Part shown: piece by piece, positions 27,783 to 34,500 of the stretch
How the letters are laid out: the number at the start of each line of letters is the position of its first letter
Numbering within the stretch: the stretch's first letter is position 1
Origin: a virus
Taxonomy: Duplodnaviria; Caudoviricetes
IMG/VR virus record: IMGVR_UViG_3300028833_000058
Length of the DNA: 64,000 bases
Reading direction: 5' to 3' (one strand)
Position numbers and translations under genes: made by a program
The notes under the pieces: model-generated
The model's input: only the letters and a program-made list of their open reading frames with translations
The model's database searches: none
What the model was told of the DNA's origin: nothing

Positions 27783-27868
27783 TGGTGCAAGGTGATAGAG
27801 TCGCACTACCCGAGTCCGAAGACAAGTGATTTACAGTCACTCCCGCTACTCCTACGGTATAACCTTGC
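27783..27868 (-). tRNA. tRNA-Tyr(GTA)
   Basis: AGTGA-CT GTA AA-TCACT; long variable arm; CCA end. Confidence 0.88.
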
Positions 27869-28025
27869 ATAAAAGTAATCCGATAATATCTAAATCTACA
27901 CTTACTTGGTACTAGCATGTAAAACATACTGTCCAAAGCCCCCACTTTCAATTTCTAAAGAAATAGCCGCTCGGATTAACACGGTGGGATGGATTCTACG
28001 AAAAAAGTACGTAAAATCAATGGTT

Positions 28026-28099
28026 TGGTCGAGAACGTCCGATTCGAACGGCAATCCCTCGCCCCAAACGAGGAGTGTTACCCTTACACCACGTTCTCG
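28026..28099 (-). tRNA. tRNA-Pro(TGG)
   Basis: CCTCG-TT TGG GG-CGAGG; C1-G72, CCA end. Confidence 0.85.
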
Positions 28100-28109
28100 A
28101 TGAATAAAA

Positions 28110-28186
28110 TGGTGGAACAGGAGTGACTTGAACACCCAACCTATCCGTTATGAGCGGAGAGCTCTGACCAATTGAGCTACTGTTCC
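28110..28186 (-). tRNA. tRNA(CAT), probably Ile2 (lysidine)
   Basis: TCCG-CT CAT AA-CGGA; overall resemblance to bacterial tRNA-Ile2; identity inferred. Confidence 0.8.
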
Positions 28187-28187
28187 A

Positions 28188-28706
28188 TTAAGCTTTTTTA
28201 TAAGATTTATTCTTCAATATAAAGATTATTCTGCTATGTGCAACACCAAATTTTCTAGCTAATCCACGAGTTCCGAATTCTTTATGTTTTGGAATATAAT
28301 GTTCTCTTATCCATTTAGCTTGTTCATTTGTAAGTTTTGCACCATGGTTATCTTCACCACCATGATATGTTATTAAATTATGCTTTACTGCGTGAATAGT
28401 ATTTTCTTGATTAGTACACCACTCTAAGTTATCCCAACGATTGTTTAATTTGTTTCCATCAATGTGATTTACTTGTGGTTTGTTTTCTGGATTTGGTACA
28501 AAAGCTTCAGCAACCAACCTGTGAATTTTTACACATTTACATCCACCTTTTCTACCATTTGGATATAAAGCGTATACATAATAGCCTGTCTTTCCAATTT
28601 GTTGCTTTACGTTTTTGTTAGACCTACCCTTTAGATTGCCTAGATTACTTATAAAATAACCTTGTATATCAATTTCTTTCCAAATTTCTTCTTCGATGTT
28701 TTCCAT
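28188..28706 (-). CDS. HNH homing endonuclease (NUMOD4-HNH)
   Basis: EIWKEI...YFISNLG, IHRLVAEAF, VNHIDGNKLNN...NLEW. Confidence 0.92.
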   Translation of the reverse strand: MENIEEEIWKEIDIQGYFISNLGNLKGRSNKNVKQQIGKTGYYVYALYPNGRKGGCKCVKIHRLVAEAFVPNPENKPQVNHIDGNKLNNRWDNLEWCTNQENTIHAVKHNLITYHGGEDNHGAKLTNEQAKWIREHYIPKHKEFGTRGLARKFGVAHSRIIFILKNKSYKKA

Positions 28707-28794
28707 TTACAAATTCCTATATTGTTATGACTAATTTATAGAACTATATAAATGGTGCCTATTTTTCATCGAACACAAAATTTTTATAAAAATT

Positions 28795-28866
28795 TGATTC
28801 CAACGAGATTCGAACTCGTATTACCACCGTGAAAGGGTGATGACCTAACCGTTAGTCGATGGAATC
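28795..28866 (-). tRNA. tRNA-Glu(TTC)
   Basis: TCACC-CT TTC AC-GGTGG; CCA not encoded. Confidence 0.88.
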
Positions 28867-28945
28867 ATAATAATCAACGCTTTTTGATTGCATGGTAAAA
28901 ACCACCAAACCTTATTATGGAGAAGCATTGATGAAACTCCTTGAT

Positions 28946-29022
28946 TGGCGGGAGTGACCAGTCTTGAACTGGCGACCTCCACAGTGACAGTGTGGCGTTC
29001 TGACCAACTGAACTACACCCCC
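28946..29022 (-). tRNA. tRNA-Asp(GTC)
   Basis: CCACA-CT GTC AC-TGTGG; G73, CCA end. Confidence 0.93.
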
Positions 29023-29024
29023 AT

Positions 29025-29112
29025 TGGTGGATTTGATGAGACTTGAACTCATATGGTCACAATGACCGAGGGATTTTAAGTCCCTTGCGTATACCAGTTT
29101 CGCCACAAATCC
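29025..29112 (-). tRNA. tRNA-Leu(TAA)
   Basis: AGGGA-CT TAA AA-TCCCT; long variable arm. Confidence 0.93.
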
Positions 29113-29116
29113 AAAT

Positions 29117-29191
29117 TGGCTGGGATGGAGAATTTCGAAATCTCGACCTACGGTTTAACAGACCGCCGCTCTGCCTCTGAGCTACACCCCA
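29117..29191 (-). tRNA. tRNA-Asn(GTT)
   Basis: GCGGT-CT GTT AA-ACCGT. Confidence 0.92.
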
Positions 29192-29197
29192 ATATAA

Positions 29198-29272
29198 TGG
29201 TGCCACATGAGAATTTTGCAATCCCGACCTACCGCTTACAAGGCGGTTGCTCTACTTCTGAGCTAATGTGGC
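29198..29272 (-). tRNA. tRNA-Thr(TGT)
   Basis: ACCGC-CT TGT AA-GCGGT. Confidence 0.9.
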
Positions 29273-29276
29273 ATTT

Positions 29277-29410
29277 TGGCGGGAGTGACTATATCTGTGT
29301 CATTATAAAGTCATTTAATTAACATTTTGTATCACTGAGTGTCCTACACTTTTATATATCTAGAATCAGATAGGCAAAACTCTAACTACTTTGTATTTAA
29401 CAGAACTCCC
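29277..29410 (-). ncRNA. 134-nt RNA with a tRNA-Asp-like acceptor stem and CCA but a non-tRNA interior
   Basis: GGGAGT...ACTCCC-G-CCA; 3' end matches tRNA-Asp (GTCACTCCCGCCA). Confidence 0.45.
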
Positions 29411-29417
29411 ATAATAA

Positions 29418-29494
29418 TGGCAGACCGTACAGGACTCAAACCTGTGACACCAAGCTTAGAAGGCTTGTGCTCTATTCTACTGAGCTAACGGTCT
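29418..29494 (-). tRNA. tRNA-Arg(TCT)
   Basis: CAAGC-CT TCT AA-GCTTG. Confidence 0.92.
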
Positions 29495-29820
29495 ATAAGA
29501 GTTATATAGGATAGGTAAACCAACGTATTTACCTCTTGCGTTATGGAGCAATGATTTGTTCCAATGTAATCTGGGCTCATCTATTCTTACGAGATAGACC
29601 ATCCTATATGTTCTATGGTTTGGGATGTGGAAGCGAATCCATCTTCCTTTTTGTACCCTAGGCCTGACCGATATACACTTTACAATGTATAACATCCCAA
29701 GACTTGTAGTTTTCATAACGGTCCATTTAGAGATTCTACTGAGCACTGTCCGTTATGGGAATCTGCTTTGTTAAGGAGCTCTAAATCTCTTAACCGCAGT
29801 TACTACAACCCTCTCAGCAG

Positions 29821-30225
29821 CTAATCTTTAATCTTCACGAGTTCATAAACATTAATTGGATATTTCCTTTGTTCACAATTTGCAATTTTATAAACTCTAT
29901 GTTTATCTATACCCAAAATATATTTTACGATTCTACCGATATCTTTACCAGCTTCAGCTTCTGGGTTATCAATTTTTCTTTTTACATGGTACTGATACAC
30001 ATAATCTAATGGTGTATAAGACCAATCTCTAAATTTACCTCCAACAATATCAGAAGTGGTAAATTGCTTTTTATAAGCCAAAGCTCCTTGAATCATACCA
30101 TTTATAAAAGTTGTCAATTCAGCTTGTTGCATGTAAGATAGTGATTCAAAAGCACTGGACTTTTGTATGTTAGAATTGATAATCATAGCTCTTTTCCTTT
30201 CATGTATGATTATAATGTTAAACAA
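29821..30225 (-). CDS. hypothetical protein inserted in the tRNA array
   Basis: ORF; probable start at MIINSN after GAAAGGA. Confidence 0.65.
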   Translation of the reverse strand: MFNIIIIHERKRAMIINSNIQKSSAFESLSYMQQAELTTFINGMIQGALAYKKQFTTSDIVGGKFRDWSYTPLDYVYQYHVKRKIDNPEAEAGKDIGRIVKYILGIDKHRVYKIANCEQRKYPINVYELVKIKD

Positions 30226-30280
30226 GTTTATTAAATGAGAAACAAGTTATTTAACGACCCCTGTTTCGGTTTAAGTCGAT

Positions 30281-30373
30281 TGGCGGAGAGAGTAGGATTC
30301 GAACCCACGGTGGTATATTTCACCCACGGCTGATTTCAAGTCAGCTGCAATAGACCAACTCTGCCATCTCTCC
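30281..30373 (-). tRNA. tRNA-Ser(TGA)
   Basis: GCTGA-CT TGA AA-TCAGC; long variable arm; G73. Confidence 0.93.
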
Positions 30374-30381
30374 ATGATATT

Positions 30382-30462
30382 TACAGATGGAGAGATTTGA
30401 ACTCTCACGCATTTCTGCACTGGTTCCTAAGACCAGAGTGTCTACCGTTCCACCACATCTGT
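30382..30462 (-). tRNA. tRNA-Leu(TAG)
   Basis: CTGGT-CT TAG GA-ACCAG; CCA not encoded. Confidence 0.9.
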
Positions 30463-30469
30463 ATAAATT

Positions 30470-30546
30470 TGGTACAGCTGGATAGACTCGGACTATCGAC
30501 CCCTGCCTTATCAGAGCAGTGCTCTAACCAACTGAGCTACAGCTGT
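30470..30546 (-). tRNA. tRNA-Ile(GAT)
   Basis: CTGCT-CT GAT AA-GGCAG. Confidence 0.92.
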
Positions 30547-30551
30547 ACAAA

Positions 30552-30628
30552 TGGTAGAGGTGAAGAGATTTGAACTCCTGACCCTCTCGGTGTAAACGAG
30601 ACGCTCTAACCAGCTGAGCTACACCTCT
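30552..30628 (-). tRNA. tRNA-Val(TAC)
   Basis: TCTCG-TT TAC AC-CGAGA. Confidence 0.93.
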
Positions 30629-30664
30629 ACAAAAAGTATTTCCTATTCACAATGTCATTATAAC

Positions 30665-30700
30665 TAAAATAAAAACTCGTCTTTTTATCTTTGACGAGTT
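30665..30700 (-). terminator. attenuator terminator in front of tRNA array B
   Basis: AACTCGTC-loop-GACGAGTT followed by TTTATTTT. Confidence 0.85.
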
Positions 30701-30750
30701 CCTATTTCTTTTAACTTTTTAAATGTTTTGATTAAGCAATAGCAAACTCG

Positions 30751-30813
30751 TCAGCCTTGTTCTCTAGGTTGATTATATAAATCTGAGTATGTTACTATCG
30801 TTTTAATCATCAT
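30751..30813 (-). CDS. leader (attenuator) peptide B, MMIKTIVTYSDLYNQPREQG
   Basis: GAGG RBS; 20 codons; TIVTYSDLYNQPREQ matches the downstream tRNA set; TGACGAGTT (30753-30745) over the stop codon complements the terminator 5' arm. Confidence 0.85.
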   Translation of the reverse strand: MMIKTIVTYSDLYNQPREQG

Positions 30814-30842
30814 ATTAATTAGAACCTCTTCATTGAAATTTT

Positions 30843-31127
30843 TTATATTGTACAGAATTTTTTCTTATTTGTAAAGTCTTTTTTTTCAATTTTCTTTACT
30901 TTTTTGTTAATATAGTTGATAACATCTTGAACTGTAATGAATTTTTTTGATACCTTGTCTGGTATTTCAATATCAAATTCACACTCTAAAGCCATTATAA
31001 TTTCGATTATATCCAAACTATCGGCTCCGAAATCGTCAACCAAGCTTTTAGATTTCTTGATTGCGGATTCTTTTATGTCCAAGTGTTCAGAAATGATACC
31101 TATTACTAATTTTTCAACACTCTTCAT
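30843..31127 (-). CDS. acpP: acyl carrier protein
   Basis: DDFGADSLDIIEIIMALECEFDIEIPD phosphopantetheine motif. Confidence 0.9.
   Translation of the reverse strand: MKSVEKLVIGIISEHLDIKESAIKKSKSLVDDFGADSLDIIEIIMALECEFDIEIPDKVSKKFITVQDVINYINKKVKKIEKKDFTNKKKFCTI
30847..30875 (-). promoter_or_regulatory. sigma70-type promoter of leader B and tRNA array B
   Basis: TTTACA-17 bp-TACAAT inside the ACP gene 3' end. Confidence 0.7.
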
Positions 31128-31613
31128 TCTCTCACCTTGTGAAAATTACCGATTCTTTAAGCACGTTGGGTATGCCGTCTGAATAACTGACTACTCCTTA
31201 CGTTATCATTCTCAGTTGTACGATAACAGCCCAATAGTCATATAGTTGACGTTTTGCACATAGTGGCATCTCGGTATTCCATTTGTCTTTACAGACATTC
31301 GTATATAAATTCGGCTGAAGGACTCCTGACTACCTCCAAGCAGTATATTAAGCGCATTATTCAGTCACATCCACATAAGTTAGCTACTCTTATGCTTTTA
31401 GGATGAGGAGATTGATTACTCCTAAACGGATACAGATATCAGCATTTCAACCTACGATTTGTCCGTTTCTTACGTCACTAAAGGTTGGCCAACCCTTGCT
31501 ATTTCAACCTTATGCTTCTTAATACCTGGCAACTATATAGTAAACTTTTCAGTATTATTATATATCTCTTTATTAGCCATCAACTAATTATTTAGAGAAA
31601 GCCAAATTTATAT

Positions 31614-31691
31614 TGGTTGCAGGGAATGGATTCGAACCACTGACCTCTAGGTTATGAGCCTAGCAAGCTGACCTGACTGCTCTACCCTGCT
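31614..31691 (-). tRNA. initiator tRNA-fMet(CAT)
   Basis: A1xA72 mismatch, A11:U24, CTAGG-CT CAT AA-CCTAG. Confidence 0.88.
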
Positions 31692-31990
31692 ATAAAACAA
31701 ACTTATGGGTTATTGATGTTCTATATTTGAACTATAAATAGGTGATAAAGCTATTTATTTAGGCACCTCCCCTAAAATTTTCAATATAATTGGCAGAGCG
31801 TTTAATGCGTTTTCAGGAGTTCTGCCAACAAATTTATATGTCATTTCTTTTAGGTCTACACCATTTTACCCCCTAGGCTGCTTAAGACGAATGACAAGAC
31901 TAGCAGTGTTATATCTATCCGTTTTAACAAAATAAGAATTTGGTGCCCTCTAGATATAACAGTATAGTTTGGGCGGACTATGGTTCTAAT

Positions 31991-32065
31991 TGGAGCAGAT
32001 AATGAGAATTGAACTCATATCTAAACCTTGGCAAGGTCTCATACTAACCATTGTACTATATCTGC
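31991..32065 (-). tRNA. tRNA-Gly(GCC)
   Basis: AGACC-TT GCC AA-GGTTT; U73. Confidence 0.9.
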
Positions 32066-32069
32066 GTTA

Positions 32070-32162
32070 TGGCGGATACTAAAGGATTCGAACCTTTGCG
32101 AGATGTTACCACCCCCTAACGGTTTAGCAAACCGTCCTCTTCACCAGCTTGAGTAAGTATCC
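32070..32162 (-). tRNA. tRNA-Ser(GCT)
   Basis: ACGGT-TT GCT AA-ACCGT; long variable arm. Confidence 0.92.
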
Positions 32163-32170
32163 ATAAAATG

Positions 32171-32245
32171 TTCCACCGTCAAGACTTGCACTTGAACTTG
32201 TAATCCCCCGATGGATTACTATGCTACTGTTACATCACTGGTGAA
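32171..32245 (-). ncRNA. aberrant tRNA-like RNA with enlarged anticodon arm
   Basis: TTCACC/GGTGGA, D arm, GTAATCC-ATCGGG-GGATTAC, TCAAG-TGCAAGT-CTTGA. Confidence 0.5.
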
Positions 32246-32279
32246 ACGAAAAGGAGGAAATAAACCTCCTCCAAAAAGA

Positions 32280-32594
32280 TTATTTTTTCTTCTTTTTAAT
32301 TTTCTCTTCTTTCTTCTTGAACTTAGAAGCAACCCAATTGAAGAAGCAAACGATGACGTTCCAAATCATCTTCAATGTAGAAGTAACTAAATCAATAAGA
32401 AAAGACTTAATAATTCCATAAAGACCAACTACAATAGCTTTAATCCAAGCCCAAAGAGCTTTCAAAAAACTTACAACTGGTTCTTTAATCAGATGCCAAG
32501 AAGTTGAGAATAAATCTCTAACTGCTTTCCATCCAGCAGTAGAAAAAGCTTTAACACCTTTCCACCATTCTTTTAAGATTTCTTTAAAAGTCAT
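32280..32594 (-). CDS. amphipathic Trp-periodic protein
   Basis: Roughly 11-residue aromatic periodicity; GAGGA RBS. Confidence 0.65.
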   Translation of the reverse strand: MTFKEILKEWWKGVKAFSTAGWKAVRDLFSTSWHLIKEPVVSFLKALWAWIKAIVVGLYGIIKSFLIDLVTSTLKMIWNVIVCFFNWVASKFKKKEEKIKKKKK

Positions 32595-32991
32595 ATTTTT
32601 CCTCTTATTAAAAAGAATTAAAATAACGATTGATTACTACCCTATCTGTCGTGAACGCCTTTGGCAAGGTTAGGTCAACAAAGTCTTTCGGTTATCACAG
32701 CTTACCTAAGAAAATTCCTATTAGCCTTTTGGGTGGTTGCCACTATCATCTGTGTCTTAGATTTATGTAATCAATCTTTCTGCACGACCAGAACTTGTAT
32801 ACTCCCATCTATAAGCGTTGGTACCTTACTTATAGCGCAGGTGGTCAATTCCACAAACTGAGAAGTTTGCTGTATTTGGAAATCCAAACCTTAAGCATCT
32901 GGAGTCTATTTAGTGTATCATTTCCTATTTACAATTTTATTATAACATATACTTTATAGAACATCTTTTTATTTGAGTAAAGACAAAAAAT

Positions 32992-33528
32992 TTAAATTTT
33001 TTCAAGAATCGTTGGCTTACAAGTCATAATGTCATCAAAATATATTAACGACAACACATCTTTTCTTCCTTGTCTTGTATATTTGTGATATAGAGCTTCT
33101 TTCGGGTTTATTACTACTTTATCATCACATATTTTTTCACATAGTTCAACTAATTCTTTTCTATTAACTACGTAAAATTTATTTTCTTTTCTATTGTGGA
33201 AAACTATGTAGTCTGCTTTTCCATATAACCAGCCTTTATCGCCATGAACATTGTTAAATTCTATCCATATATAGTCAGAATTAAAGTGTGAATCCATACG
33301 ACTACGTTTTTTACTGGCTTTTACATCTACTGCTACTTCTTTGTGTAACACTGGATGGTAAATAACAAAATCTATATGTTGATATTGTTCCTCTGTTGTT
33401 GCTGGTCTATATTTACGGTTATTTTCTTTTAACCAATCCTCAAATAAATCTTCTGTCTTTTTACCGACAAAAGCTGATTCTCCAAATTCATCCTTCTTGT
33501 TCACATACATTAATTTTCTGCTTGGCAA
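32992..33528 (-). CDS. PD-(D/E)XK nuclease-fold protein
   Basis: HIDF...VDVKA, WIE, GWLYGKADY. Confidence 0.7.
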   Translation of the reverse strand: MPSRKLMYVNKKDEFGESAFVGKKTEDLFEDWLKENNRKYRPATTEEQYQHIDFVIYHPVLHKEVAVDVKASKKRSRMDSHFNSDYIWIEFNNVHGDKGWLYGKADYIVFHNRKENKFYVVNRKELVELCEKICDDKVVINPKEALYHKYTRQGRKDVLSLIYFDDIMTCKPTILEKI

Positions 33529-34049
33529 TGAACTTCTAATATCTGTGGATAGTAATTAAATATCATAACAATTCGATAACGTAGACCATACGAAATGACT
33601 TTACATTCTGTTTGACCAGTCGGTACGCCCGCAGCGATTCCATCTGGGAAGAAGATTTGACCATGATGAAAGATATTCCAAGCATTGTTAAACCAAGTGT
33701 TTTTGATTCTAAAGTATAAAGCGTTATCTGAGCTACACTCTTTAGTTGGACATCCTTTAGCACTCCATAAGCCATCTTCAAGTTCAACAGAATCAGATAA
33801 ATAAATTGTTTCTTCTTTTTTAGTGATTAAGTAATACCCAAGGTCAAAAACAAATCCTAAAGTTTCTATTGTTATAAACAATGCTACAAAACTTGATAAC
33901 ACGAAAATTATGGCTCTTTTTAATATAAAATCACCGTATTTATCATGTGTATAACGATTCCAAGCGTTTTTGTATTTAGCTAAAGCAGGTTTAACGTATA
34001 TCCATATTTTCTTCGTTATATCTCTAATCATTTTCTTCCTCTTTAACAT
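33510..34049 (-). CDS. membrane-anchored hypothetical protein
   Basis: One TM helix followed by a Cys-containing soluble domain. Confidence 0.6.
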   Translation of the reverse strand: MLKRKKMIRDITKKIWIYVKPALAKYKNAWNRYTHDKYGDFILKRAIIFVLSSFVALFITIETLGFVFDLGYYLITKKEETIYLSDSVELEDGLWSAKGCPTKECSSDNALYFRIKNTWFNNAWNIFHHGQIFFPDGIAAGVPTGQTECKVISYGLRYRIVMIFNYYPQILEVHCQAEN

Positions 34050-34500
34050 CTTTATGAATTTTTCTCACAATACAAAAGACCATAGGGATTAATATTAGCA
34101 TAAGAGTACCAAACACAACTGATTCGTTCCAGATATCACAAAAAATGGTGACTAGACCATGTATTATTATAGCTATCATGACGAGTACTGCTATTAAAAT
34201 CGCTGTAAGCATCGATTCATACATAAAGTCCATGAGTTCTGAAAAAATTCTATTGAGCAAAGTACTTACTTTATTCTTCATCTTTTGGCTCCCCACTTTC
34301 TGGCTGCTGTATTTCTTCTAAATCACAATAAGCGTCTTTATATTCTTCAAACATGTCATCTAATGGTTTTTTCATTAAATCATATGTGTCTAAGGTGATA
34401 CATTGTTCTGAGAGTAACATTTTAAAGTAAGCACATAAATCAGAGTATCTATTTCTTACTCTGTCATAGTGTATATCATCTGGAAACTGTATTCTTGGCA

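Noticed and set aside
27769-29746. Track ORFs overlapping array B tRNAs (27769-27951, 27902-28135, 27906-28103, 28915-29106, 29116-29322, 29477-29746)
   Set aside because: They overlap tRNAs and lack an RBS
26000-33000. tmRNA or RNase P RNA in the RNA island
   Set aside because: No tmRNA-type Ala acceptor ends with a tag frame and no GAGGAAAGUCC P4 motif found by eye; a divergent version cannot be excluded
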